Assembly: GCA_013265495.1 (NCBI GenBank)
Contig: MU058221.1
Coordinates: 1,302,001-1,366,000, forward strand
Source of the DNA: Vicugna vicugna
Lineage: Eukaryota
Length of the DNA stretch: 64,000 nt
Direction of reading: 5' to 3'
The notes beneath the pieces are model-generated. The model was not told where the DNA came from. It searched no databases and was given only the letters and a program-made list of their open reading frames with translations. Positions 37,464 through 50,079 of the stretch are shown piece after piece; positions within the stretch are counted from its first letter, which is position 1; every line of letters begins with the position of its first letter. The translations under genes were made by a program, and so were the position numbers.

Positions 37464-39499
37464 GTGAGCCCACTACTTTCTTGTGACCACGTATCTGGTC
37501 CCTAAACAAAGATAAATAGCAGATACCCTCTTGGTTAATTCAAACAGGGAAACTAAAGCTAGTATTAGCTGTTAGCCAGTTGATCACCTCTCTGTTACGA
37601 CTTCTGTAACCATGTATCTTATGTGTGTCTTTTTCGTTTGATTTTTAATAGAATGAACTTCGCATCCACCAATTGCCCATGCAAGGAATTTTCAGTCATA
37701 ACTGCCACTGTTCCTTCTCCTTTCTATTCAAACATTTATTTGGGTAGGAACCTTCCATTGTTAAACCTCCAAAAACCTCTCCATCATCATAGCTTCTTCA
37801 AAAATACATTCCTATGGGATCACTTAGATGTGCCTAACTTTTATTATCACCCATGGCCATAGCTCGGTCAGTGCTGTCTTTCATGCTGCCATTCAGATCA
37901 CATCACTTACATGCGTAAAGGCTTAATTGTCTTTCACTCCTTAAAGAATAAAATCCAATTTTCTTGATATAATCTAAAATGCACTTCACAACTTAGCAAT
38001 CATTTACATTTCCAAGATCATCTCCTATCTTGTTTCCTGATGACTCAAACGCCTTGGTCACTAGGGAGTGTCCCAGTCTGAGCCACAGCCTAGAGTTTCA
38101 GGCTTCTGCGCTATTTGCTACTTCATGACCCCAAAAACCAAGAGAAACAAAACTCATTGCTCATCAAATGGTGCTTCAATGTTTACCATTTTCTTTCTTC
38201 CCCATCATCACGGTTTTCAGGATGGAAATTTGTAAGGCACCCAGAGGAAGAAGATTAACTGAAAATGCAAATTAATTTCACGTTACAGCTCTGCTGACAT
38301 GCTACTTATTGTGGTTAAAACTGGGAAATTTAACCATTTTACAATATATGTTTTCAAGGGAGTAGAGACATTATCATCTCACACACTTGTGATAAAATTA
38401 TTTGCATAAGCACTTTGGAGAATGACAAAACAGCACTGACTTCTAAGTGTGTGTACACTATGGCCATCGACGCGACCCCGTGATGTCTCCCCAGGAGAAG
38501 TACGTGACCACGCGGACGAGGCCTGCAAAACGGTGCTCACCGACAAGCGAGCTATAATAACCAAACAGCCAGGTTGGAAAAGACCTAAAAGTTTACAAAC
38601 ACCACGCTAAATTCATGTTTCCTTATTACATCGACAGGAAAGTAAAATAAACAGAGATATGAATCATTATTTTATGTGGAATCAAAAACAGAATTAAATT
38701 AAAAAATTTAAACTGTGAAAAATTTAAAGACGAATCAGTTGAAATGTAAAAGAATGCCTTTAAAGAAGGCTCTTTATGAGCCTTGACTATGTTGTACCAG
38801 TTGCATACTGTTTACGTTGAAACTTATTTTAGCAATTATAAAATATTTTTAGCGATCTATCACCTTTTTACACATATAAAGTCGCATTGTGTGGAATATG
38901 AAAGTGAAGCCTTTATGCGTAACTTAGTAACAGAGATGGCGTTACCGACAGTAGGTACCTTCTTTTCTTAGGTCCTAAAGAGGATTTTGTTGTGTTTTTT
39001 TAAAAAGGCTGTGAAATGACACTTATTTACAATGGCGAATAGTTACTTTATCTTAAATGTATATTTTGCTGTCTGCGTCCGTGCCTTTTTGCACAGAAAA
39101 TAATCATTTAATTTAAACTCAGAATTAGAGCATAAGCTTTTTGAAGTCTATAAATGTCAGTTAAACAGCACAAGTGGTAACAATCAAGACAGAATTCAAC
39201 TGCAGTGATGAAAATGTGAGCATCTCTCAGCAGGTGCACATGAGCGTGGCCAAGAGCAAATACGATACAAATTCCCCAGCTTATAGGGAGTTTAAGATAC
39301 TGTCAGTTTTAAAGCTTCTCTATTTCAGAAATTCTAAAACGTCAAAAAATGCATCTTATAGTCAGGAAAATCTGGTATTAAACAAAATTCAACCAATGGA
39401 ATGAAAGGAAATTATACATAACCGACAAGGAAAAAATGTCTTATATGTTGACTAGTGCAAAGCACAGTTACAAAGAAATATAACAACATTCATGTACAG

Positions 39500-40307
39500 C
39501 ACATACACACTCAAGGTGTCCAACAAGCGTTCACATAGTTATAAATAAATGACTGAAGGAGGGAGGAGAGACAGCTGTCCAGTGCAGAATGATTCCACAT
39601 CGTGAATGCAGATGCTCCACTCTAAAGAGGGTGGACCACAACTTCCCTCTTTCTTAAAGGTTGTCTGTGCGTGATGACTTTCCTCTGAAGACACAGTGTG
39701 TAAAGGCATGGGGGGGAGTGACTTTGCAGCGGGGAACGTCGGCAAACACTGCATGAGCCATGAGGTCAGGGTGCATATCAGCACTGATGACTCATGTGGC
39801 CAGTATGTGCCCTGGAGATAACAGGGTGAAAATGACATTGTATTTCCATGGGCTTCTGCAAAAAAAAAAAAAAAAAAAAAAAAAAAACCCAAATCTCATC
39901 ATGAGGAAGACATCAGACAAAACCAGTTGAGGGACCATCTGGGAAATGACCAACCCATACTCCTCAGAACTTTCAAGGTCATTGTAAACAGGAAATGTCT
40001 GAGAATCTGTCGCAACCAAGAGGAGCCTAAGCAGAGAGGATGACTACATAAATGCGTCATCCTGGAGAGACCCCTAGTACGCACACGGGAAGAGGACAAA
40101 GGCTGAAAATAAGGAAATTTGAATAAAGCGTGAAGTTCAGTCAACAGTAACGTTTTAATATTTGTTCACTAATTCTGACAAATGAATCATATTGATGGAA
40201 GATGTTAATAATAAGGGAAACTGGGTGCAGGTGCATGGAAATTCTGGGTACTGTCTTCACAACTTTTCTATAAACCTAAGACCATCATAAAATAAAAGTT
40301 TATTAAA
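39500..40307 (+). mobile_element. L1MC/L1MD-type 3'UTR with internal poly(A) expansion (39860-39887)
   Basis: aatctcatcatgaggaagacatcagacaaaacc, gaactttcaaggtcat, gaagatgttaataataagggaaactggg, aacttttctataaacctaa...aaaataaaagtttatt. Confidence 0.85.
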
Positions 40308-41987
40308 TACACAGACATGTGAATCTATACAACACAGTAGAGAGGAAATAAATGTCGGAGTAATGAAATAAAGATGGATGAAGTCAGCCATGCAATAATG
40401 AAATTTATGTTACATCTGAAGCAGAAAAATACAGAACTCCAGGGAAACCATGTAGGCAATAGAGAGGACAAATGTACAATGTTTACCCCAGGGAGAAGGA
40501 AATAGACTGGATTAAAATAGAGTGATCAAAAACTATGGGGAACATTTTGAGAAAAAAGTCCCCATTTTAACAAAGATTGCAAAACTGAGACACATCCTGG
40601 TGTGTTAGGCAGCCCTTCACGGAGCACCACTAGCAATGACTGGGTTGAATTTCCACGAATGTCAAGTAAGATACAGAAGAAGATACTCGCTGGAATACAC
40701 GTCATCATCAACATAACTTGTACAAAACTACCGGTGGTGAAACAGTTCACGTCACCTCAGATAAACACTTCGCTGTTACTGCAAACTGCAGTTATGAACA
40801 CTTTGTAACAACACGAAATGCTTACCTCCCAAAGCAAAATTAAAAATCTGTTTGCTATATTATTGCAATGCTAAAATTACATTACTGTGATTTAAAGGTT
40901 GGAAAGGAAACAGTTTTGCTAACATTGCATATAGTGATATTTCTTAATATATAAATACAACTTACATATTAAGACAGTAGCTGGATAAGTTAAAACAGAC
41001 AAAAAAGAATTTTGTTTTAATCGTAGAATTACACACAACAAATAAAATGTAGGTTCTACTGCATCTCAAGACACTGTCCTCTCCTTTTCTCTCTATATGG
41101 AAGGAATTTTGAAAACAAACTCAGGATATACTATGTAGTAAATTAAAAATAAATCACAGACCAAATCTAATGGACTAAAACAGAATAGGAAGACTCAACA
41201 ATGTATTTTTCTTTCTTTTCCGGCAGAGTTCACATACAGTTCAAAAACACAAAGATAAAACTTTTCATCTTCTATTGAGAAAATTGGTGAGAGTGTATGA
41301 TGCTGCATTTCTGATGTATGTAAAATATAATTATCCATTTTATGAAACTAGGATTTTTATGACCATAAATAAGGTAATCATAGTTTCCAAAATGCAAAAA
41401 TATCCAAACATGGAAATCAAAATGACTAATAGCCCCCCACCGTTGTTTGAATCATCTCAGCTTCAAATTTCATCCGATTTTATGGGATCATGCTCCATTA
41501 ATATGTTGGGAACATGAATCCCTTAGTCCCCCGATTGTCTTGGACAAAGTGGTGAGTCTTGTGATGCTCAGCTGCTGAAGGCAATAGAGCTCAGTGATTT
41601 CATTTCAATAAAAAGATTCAAATATTTGTTTCATTTAAAATGAAAAATAGCATTTTAGGGAATCATGTTCTCTTTTATACAGAAAGATTATCAATTCAGG
41701 TAAACTGCATCATAAAAGTCAGGTAACTGAAAGAAAACTAATTTTATATAATAAAATAGCATGCAATGCATCTTCTCCTTGTAGAGTTCTTTTTTTTTTT
41801 TTTAAGTGGATATTTAAACCAAAAGTTTACATCTCTTCAAGACTAAGGAAAGAAACTACTTTGATAATAGAATTGTCAGTGTGACAATTTCTACCGTTTC
41901 AGTTTGAAACTTGTTGATTTCAAGGGTACAAAGGAGATTTTGCCATTATTTATTTGATGTATCTTATCCTTTTATCTAGTGCCATAG

Positions 41988-42142
41988 AATTTTTTTAATT
42001 GTGGGAAAATACATATAACATAAAATTTTACCATATTAGACTTTTTTAAGTGTGCAGTTCCAGGTGTTAAGTATATTCACACTGTCATGCAACTAATCTC
42101 CATTTTTTTTTCATTATGCAAAGTTGAAACCCTACACCTACG
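41988..42142 (-). mobile_element. L1MB-type extreme 3' end
   Basis: ttttttaattgtgggaaaatacatataacataaaattttaccat...ttttaagtgtgcagttc. Confidence 0.75.
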
Positions 42143-42778
42143 TGTAAAGAAAAATCTGAGCTTCTCTCAAACACGCTCAGAACAATTTACTTCTGACCCC
42201 AGATACGTGGCGTTCTCCCACGATCCGCAAGTCTCCAGATCTCTGCAGACACCCAGTGGAGACAGCACCACTCGATTCCATTCTGACACCCCCTGGAGCT
42301 CCCACCAGATCCCACACGTTTAGGGCTTGTCTCAGAAGAACAACCTCTGTACTTCTTACTCTAGAGATTTTTTTTTTCAGAGTCTTCACTACAAGGGCAT
42401 CATTAATTAAGTCATTGGACATTGGTGATTAAATTCAATCTCCAGACTCTCTTTTTCACCTGGCGTTCAGGGGCAAAGCTGAATGTTTCAACCTTCAAAT
42501 CACCTCCTTAGACCCCCTGACAGCCAGCCTCTCACCCTGAGGGGGTTTCCAACACTCACCTCGTTAATGTAAACTCTCCTGTGGTTGAAAGGGGCTTCTC
42601 GTGACTAACAAAAAAATGTTCTTTTATCTTTATGGCTCTGTAGTCACTTGGACAAAGGGCCAAACATTACAATATTACAATAAGATGCCCCATTGCTCTT
42701 ATCACTTAGGAAGTGACGAGGTTTTTTAGAGCTGTGTGCCGGGAATGAGACAAATACTAAATATACACTATTATTACA
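42143..42778. mobile_element. MER21/MER77-like LTR
   Basis: TG start; acttctgaccccaga, ttccattctgacacc, cagatcccaca, attaattaagtcattggacattggtgatt...aatctccag, ctcttatcacttaggaa; ends ...attaca. Confidence 0.7.
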
Positions 42779-43479
42779 GATACAAGATAAACATCTTGAT
42801 AACAAGGGAGAGAACAGAAATGTAAGAGAAGGAATGTGTTCATGCCACGTGCCAGCTCACTGAGCTCTGACAGTTGCAGAAGTAGGTGGTACCAGTCAGG
42901 AATTTTGCTTCTGTAAAGAAAAAAAGAAAAACCTTAAAGCCACCCTCACCCCTCTCTCAAGATGAAGCACTTGAACCAGATTAGAACCCATGGATTATAA
43001 TCCAGGACTAGATTTAGGGCCCCTGTGCTGAAGAATGGAATTTGAAAGACCTTCCAAATGCTGCCTACCTACAGCGACTGCAAATGCCAGGCTGAGAAAT
43101 GGTAGGCAGAAGCCTTTCCACGCTGGCTCAGTGAACACACTTGAAACGTTATGCAGATTACCACACACAGAAACTCCCAAAATAGAATACTAATTTTATA
43201 TTGAAGAGAGAAAAATAATAACTACCAAAAAACATACATTTCATCAAATTAATTTTATGTGCTATTCCAACAAATATTTTTAAAAACTATACTAAATAAT
43301 TTTAAATACGTGAATTATGTATTACTCTACATGTAAAGATAGCATGAAGTTATAAAAGAAAAAAATCACATTAATATGAAAATGACTGGAAATCATGACA
43401 CAAACTATATTTTACTGGTAATAAATTATTTTTCAAAAAAATGCCTTTGCAAATCTCTAGAGTGAATAAAGTCAAAGAT

Positions 43480-44150
43480 AAAAATGGTAAATGAAGATAA
43501 CAAGAGAAATTCACATATGCAAAAAAATTTAGACACGTAATATGAAAGAACTCGTAAGAACCATGCAGGATACAGTGAAAACCGCCAATGTCCATATAAT
43601 GAGTTTTTTTTAAGAGAATGGAAAGAGGAGAAACCGCATTTGAATAAACAATTTTGATGTTTCCAAAATTGAGAGAGGACAACATGTGACCCTTAATAAA
43701 ATGTGCATTTTTAATAATAAAGAGGAAAAAAATCTGTACCTAGATACATTACAGTGATAATGCTGTGCATTAAAGATAAAGTCAGTCATAAACGCTTCCA
43801 GCAAAAAGGCATTTTAACAATAGAGGAGTGACCGAGTGACGGCGGACATTCCATTTACAACAACAGAAGCCAAAAGAAAGTAGGTAACCGCTTCACAGAG
43901 CTGAAAGAAAAGGGCTCTAACATATAATTTTGTATCCAAGTGTAAAATGTGTGACAGAACACATTGCAGCTACAGACACACAAAATAGCAGGAAATTTGA
44001 TCACCCACAGACCCTGACTAAAAGATTACTAAAGAAAAATAAATTGCTGGTAACAATAAGATACAAGGAAGCCTAATAAGAACAGGATTGATATAATTAG
44101 CAATCAATTTATTTAACAACTTATTTCAAATTTTACTTGAGAAAGGAAAA
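43480..44150 (+). mobile_element. Ancient L1/HAL1 ORF1-like remnant
   Basis: A-rich; caacagaagccaaaagaaagtagg...ctgaaagaaaa, aatttgatcacccacagaccctgactaaaaga. Confidence 0.55.
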
Positions 44151-44239
44151 TTTCAATACTGACAAAATGGAAGGAAGTTCTTCATACAATGATTGATTTG
44201 TGATTAGACTGTTGTACAGAGGGGAGGATATCTGTATTT

Positions 44240-46900
44240 AGACCATTCCCATTAAAAATAATTATTGATATAGTTGGATTATTAACATCTTTTCTATTTG
44301 TTGTGCTTATTCTTTGTCCCCTTTGTTTTCCTTTCTCTCTTTTTCCCCCTTCTTTGGTTTTAATTGAACAATTTATATAATTCCATTCTCTCTTTTCTTA
44401 GCATGGAACTATAATCTTATTTTTTTAAAGCGGTTGCCTAGGATTCTGCAACATAAATGTGCAATTAATTTAAATTCCCTTTCAAAATACAATGTAGCGC
44501 CTGCCAGGTGCTCCAGGCACATTGTTGACAAAGTATTGCACCTCCCCCCTTGCCTCCTTCATGTTACAGTCAATCATCTCACTCATCTAGGTATGAGCAT
44601 CATTCAGCACTATTGTTACTTTGCGCAGGTGGTTGTCTATTAGATACATCGGCAGTAGGAAAAAGAAAATACTGTTTAACCTTTAAAGCGTTTTGTTTGA
44701 GCTCTTCCTTCGTGTATGCGCTTCCTTCTTTTCCTTCTGCAGATCCAATTCCTGACCTAAATTACTTTCCTTCGCTCTGAAAAGCATCTTTTAACATTGC
44801 ACAGGTCTAATGACAATGAATTTCCTCAGTTTTAGGCTGTGTAAAGAAATGTTTCTACCTCCCTTGCTTTCACAGGACAATTTCTCTGGATATGAAAGTA
44901 TAGGGTTTTTTTCCTATCAATATTTTCAGTTTTTCCTCTGCTATCTTCTTTGCCTGATTTCTGAAGAGAAGGCCGATCTTATTATTATGTCTGTTTCTCT
45001 ATAGGTAAGGCTTTGATTTTTCCCTCTGGCTTCTTTTGAGATTTTGTCTCTGTGTTTAGTTTTCCGCAGTTTCTGTATGACATGCCGAGTTGTAGATTTT
45101 TATTTTTTTAATCTTTATCTTACTTGGTATTCTCCAAGCTTCCTGGGTCTGAGATTTAGCATCTGGAATTAATTCTGGAAAACATATCTGCCATCATCGC
45201 TTTAAATATTTGCTCTGCCTGCTCTTTCTTCTCCTTCTGGAATCCTCATTAAGGGCATGTTACATATTTCAAAATCGCACCACAGTTCTTGGATATTCTG
45301 TTCTTATTTCTAAATTCACCTTCCTTTTGCATTTTGGTTTGTGATGCTTGTGTTGACGTATCTTTCTTACTTCCTGATTCTTTCTTCGGCTGAGTCCAGT
45401 TCACTGGCAAACTCTTCAAAGGCATTTATTATTTCTATTACAATGATATGGATTGCTAGCATTTCTTTCAGTTTGTCTAACTCCTCTCTCTAGTAATCAC
45501 AGAACCTGTCTCATAGCACCGTTGGGTTTAACGCTTGCTTCTTCTCTTAGCACTGTGTGTCATGCCTTTATCACGCCATGTAATTTTTGCTGAAAGCCAA
45601 GCATGGTGTATGTATAGGAGTAATAGGAAATGATGTTAATAGACGCTCATTATGGGGTTGGAGGTTAATCTCGCTAGAAATTGGGCTGTTCTTAAAGTTT
45701 ACTCTAGCTCTAGATCCCAGAGGCTTCACATCCCTTTAGCATTCTTGGTTCTGTCCCCTGCACTGCCTGTAAACTTCCCTAAGAAGAATCTGCACCTTGT
45801 TCTTCCAGCGTTAACCCCTGCTGCACCGCAGCCCCCCATTGTGATGTGCGACGTGAGTGTGGGGAGGCATAACCTGACCACTAAGTCGCAGGCTTTGAGT
45901 GGGTCTGCGTCCCTGGGCTGCGGGTCCCCGTGAGCATGAGCTTCTCCCACCCTTCCAGGAGCAGGAAGGCTGAGGGGACTCCAGCCGGGTGATGGCTCTC
46001 CTCCGGGAAGGACACGGCTCTGGCATGAAGCCTCCTCCCCAGGAAAATAGGCCTTTGATAAGGAAAACGCTTGCAGAGGATTTCAAAACGGTTACTTTGA
46101 GGGTCCCCCTGCCAGAGGCAGAAGGGGACTCTTTCCCTTGGCTTTTCACAGCAACGCCCCCTTGGCTGGACCCTGAGCCTGGCCGTCCTGCTTCAGCTGG
46201 AACTGCTGTGACCGCGCGATGCTCTTCCAGCACGATGGCGAGTGGCGGGCGAGAAGCCTTCTCACGACTCCATGTCCACCTGCTCCCGGGTCTGTGCCCA
46301 CGTGCGGGGGGCTTCAGATCCCCTTCCATCCCCTTGTACTGACTGCCCGTAAGTGACACAGACGGACAGACGACTCTCTCCAAGCGAGGTGATGCTCTGG
46401 CGCAGCCTCCTCTCCTGTAAAGCAGCCCTTGGCTGTGGCCACGACTCTGCGCACTTCAACGTGCTTCCCTTTCCTTCCTTCCTGCCTAAAACAAAAGCAG
46501 ATTTTTCTTGGCTCTTAATGTGAAAACCTCATGGCGTTCTTTGAAGGAAGACCCACGGAAAGGCACGGTCCTCCTCGAAGACGGCAGCCCCAGGAGTTTC
46601 TCACTTCAGAGGCCACGGTCAGCTTTCAGCAGCCCATCGGGGTCACCATCGATGTGTGTCTGCCAGCTTGCGCTCCTCTGGGTTCTGCTTCAGACGGACT
46701 GAACACGGCCGTGGTTCTCCGAATCTGCCTGTCTCTCCAGGTTTCTAGATAGTGAGGTTCCAAGAGAACTCAATTATCTGATGAATACGAAAAATGTCAT
46801 TAACGCAGTTTTTCAAGCTTTTGTTCTTGTTGTCGGGGTGGGAGCGAGACTTCCGAGCTGTATCCGTGCTGGAACCGAAACCCACAGTCAATTTAATTGT
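44240..46900 (-). mobile_element. Old L1 (L1M4/L1MC-D-like): ORF1 and GC-rich 5'UTR, antisense
   Basis: gacaatgaatttcctcagttt, tttctgaagagaagg, ctctataggtaagg...ccctctggcttcttttgagatttt; GC-rich UTR-like region 45830-46750. Confidence 0.7.
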
Positions 46901-46924
46901 GCTTTTAATCCACAGGTTCCTCTT

Positions 46925-47056
46925 TCTTCCATGTATATTTTTATTGACGTCTACAAAGTTGTGTCAATTTCCGGTGTACATAGAAAACGAACATGGTTAC
47001 CGGCGGGAAAGATGGTGGAAAGGGACAAATTGGGAGTCCGAGGTTTGCAGATAGAA
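46925..47056 (-). mobile_element. Tiny 5'-inverted young L1 insertion (~130 bp)
   Basis: Antisense L1 terminal piece (~46936-46980) fused to a sense 3'UTR piece (catagaaaacgaacatggttacc...gggacaaattgggag). TSD gttcctctt at 46916-46924 and 47057-47065. Confidence 0.65.
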
Positions 47057-47079
47057 GTTCCTCTTGAAGCTTTTTCTTT

Positions 47080-48840
47080 TTCTTACAAATACTCGTTAAG
47101 GAAGCCAGGCTTCTTGAGCCGTTGAGTTTCCCACAGTCTGGGTTTTGGGTAATTAAATATTCATGGGTCAGTTCAACATGTTCTTGATCCTCTGTGTTTC
47201 CGGCAAATTGGCTGCTCGACCCAGAGATTCCAGCTCAGGTTAAATCTCCTTTCAGCATATTATGATTTATGGAGCATCTTTCATTAGGAGATTCTTAACG
47301 GCATGTGTCTCTGTGGTTTGAGCAGCCACCGAGGCTCACTGTCCAGATCTGTGACCCCTTGGGCGTTTCGAAGTGCGGACACCTGAATTGTGTCAGACCA
47401 ACTTTATTTACTGGCTTCAACACTTTTATACGGGGATGCTTGCCTTCAGATTTTATTTGGATAAGTAGTAATACAGTTGATGTAGAAAGGCTGCATAAAT
47501 GGTGACAAAATTTTTAAAATATCATTATTAACGTACAGATTTTAACGTCTTGGTGGGCTTTGCTTCATTACAACTGTTATCCACATCGAGTCTTAAATTA
47601 CCCCACGTTGGCCAGCGTGGGCTCCTGTAAATTGTCTGCCGAGACCTTTGGCTGGGCCCTGGCACCCCTGCTGACTTGCATACTACCTGATGTGTCAAGC
47701 CTGGTGCAGATGTACCGGTTGAGACCTGGACTCAACCATTTATCCAAGAATCCCTGGTTCCTTTTGAGGGGAGATGGTAATCCAGGCTCACAATCTAGGT
47801 GCCTGGGAAATAATTGCCACCAGGTTGGTCATTTTTTAGGACTGTTAAAGTTAAAATCATCCTGATGAAGTCACACTGAATTTCCAACTCCAAATTAGGA
47901 CTATGGATTTTTACTGTATCTTTCTCTTTGTTCCACGCTGGGGATCATGATTTTCAAAGGCGTAAGTAACGACAGAATTAGAATATCCGTAATCACCAAC
48001 TTGCTTGATCTCGTCAAGCACATCCCAGCTGGAGAACAACAACACCGCCAACCCCAGCAAGGCCAAACGGGAAGCATGTTTCTGCTCGTGTTTCTCTTAC
48101 TCTTTATACTAACGCTGCCCACTTTGAAGCAGACACCCAATGCATTCTCTGCTTTCTCCCTTTAGGTCTCCTTTAGCTTCCATTTTTATAAATAATTGCA
48201 TATGTAACGCTCATCTCCAATTCAGATTATAGAGAACATGTTCTGTAAAAGATTTCTGAAAAGGGATTCATTGTTGCAATGAATTCTTGCGTGATGACAA
48301 ATGTTGCACCGTTTCTATGTGAAAGTCGGTTTTGCTGGGTTGTGAGATCCTCGCCCCACCTGGTCTTTGGGTGTTTTAATCACGTGACTCCATGTACTTG
48401 GAACAAAAGCACTGCTGTCAAAAGATGGTCTTATTTCCTTCTCCCTTACGTGAGTTACAGACTCCTTTTTTTCCGCGATGCTCCCAAACATTTTCTTTTC
48501 CTTTCAAGTCCAGCCATCTTACTAGATTGTGTTTTACTGTTGGCTATTCTGGGTATGATCTCTGCTTTTTCAATATGTCATTTATATAGTGTCTTTTCTT
48601 TTTCAGGAAAGTATTCTCGAAATAAACATTTTAACAACTATTTTGTTCCTCTGGTTTGGTCTGCAGTAACACTTCTGATCTATGTGATGGATAGCCTTTG
48701 CCTCGACAGGAGGGCACAGCGTCTACAACAGTTTTTCAAACTTCTCAGTGCCACCTCATCTGTTGTTTTCATGCATTTGTGTCAAACATGCATGACTCCA
48801 TCTGCTTCCAACCTCTCAGAACTTACTGCTGGCCCCTCGC
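47080..48840 (-). mobile_element. L1MC4/L1ME-type fragments (3' region, then ORF1-like)
   Basis: gagtttcccacagtctgggttttg, caaccatttatccaagaatccctggttcctttt, tttgctgggttgtgagatcct. Confidence 0.6.
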
Positions 48841-49802
48841 ATTAAGCCGTGATTTGATTGGGCAAAACTCCTCACACGTTTAGCTGCCGTTCTCCAATCG
48901 CTGCCCTGTGCGCCCCACGCTGCGTGCCGTGGACGTTGGGATGGAGGCCATTCGGGGCTGCTCCTGCTTTCAGGTTTTGCTCCCTTCTGCTTCGTCCCTC
49001 TTCTCCTGGTGCAGACGCTGAGAGGGTACCCACTCACTCACACTTCGGGGCTCTGGAGGTTATCTTGTCGTCAAATTTGGTGTAGATGGTATGGTTTTGA
49101 TGTTGACATTTTCTTGTTTTATGTGCTTTTATATGGGAATTCTGGAAAATTCAGACACTGAGCAAACACCAAACATGGCATCACTTTACGTCCATTGAAT
49201 CAACAAACATTAGGAAGTCTGACAAGGTTGTTTTTGGAAAACATGTGGAGAACAAGGAACATGCATGCTTGTTTGAGCGATATTTGACAGCATACAATAC
49301 AATTTGATTGTCAAACTTGATGATGTAGGAATTCCTTTCATTAATTCTTGTTAGAAAATCACACATATGTCTACATATACAGTTACAAATGTATTAAATT
49401 CTATATTTCAAAATCAGAAAATAGTTGAAAACAACATAATCGCCAGAACAGATAAAGACATTTTGATATATTCATATACAGTTTAAATTATTGTATAGAA
49501 GATAAAGAATAAATTATATATGTGTTAAGAATAAGAAACAGAAGATTGCAAGTTGCAGAATTAAGCATGTATATAAACACACACATTAGACTCCAGGTGT
49601 ATAAATAATATCCTGTATGCAAAATGACAATAGATTATTTATGAACAAGTAAATATTTAGCCAGATATACACAAAAATCATAAACTTCGATTTCATGGTA
49701 GAAGTTACCACTCAGGTGAGCAAGAAGAGATGAGATTGGTTAGAAGAACATAGGGGTCTTAACTATCTCTGTAACATTTTAATTCTTAGAAGACATGAAA
49801 TA

Positions 49803-50079
49803 CAGAACACAAACTTGTGGTTGCCAAGGGGCTGGGAAGGGGCAGACTGGGAGTTCAAACTTTGTAGATGCTGACAGGCATATGCAGAATGGACAAACAA
49901 GATTACACTGTACAGCACAGGGAAATGTATGCAAGGTCTTGTGGTAGCTCACGGGGAGAAAGAATGTGACAGTGAATATATGTATGTTCAGGTAGGACTG
50001 AAACATTGTGCTCGACGCTGGAAATTGACACAGCATTGTAAACCGACTATAACTCAATGAAATAAAATTAAAAAAACAA
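49803..50079 (+). mobile_element. Young 5'-truncated L1 3' end (camelid-type) inserted in an older L1ME remnant
   Basis: caaacttgtggttgccaagggg...gaaattgacacagcattgtaaaccgactataac, AATAAA + A-tail. 15-bp TSD agaagacatgaaata (49788-49802) / agaagacatgagata (50080-50094) at a TT/AGAA endonuclease site. Confidence 0.9.

Noticed and set aside
45811..46383. 190-aa minus-strand ORF and overlapping ORFs
   Set aside because: Within a GC-rich L1 5'UTR-like region where stops are rare; several frames are open at once.
48279..48845. 188-aa plus-strand ORF
   Set aside because: Lies antisense over decayed L1 ORF1-type sequence; F/L/S-rich composition reflects T-rich DNA; no known protein recognised.
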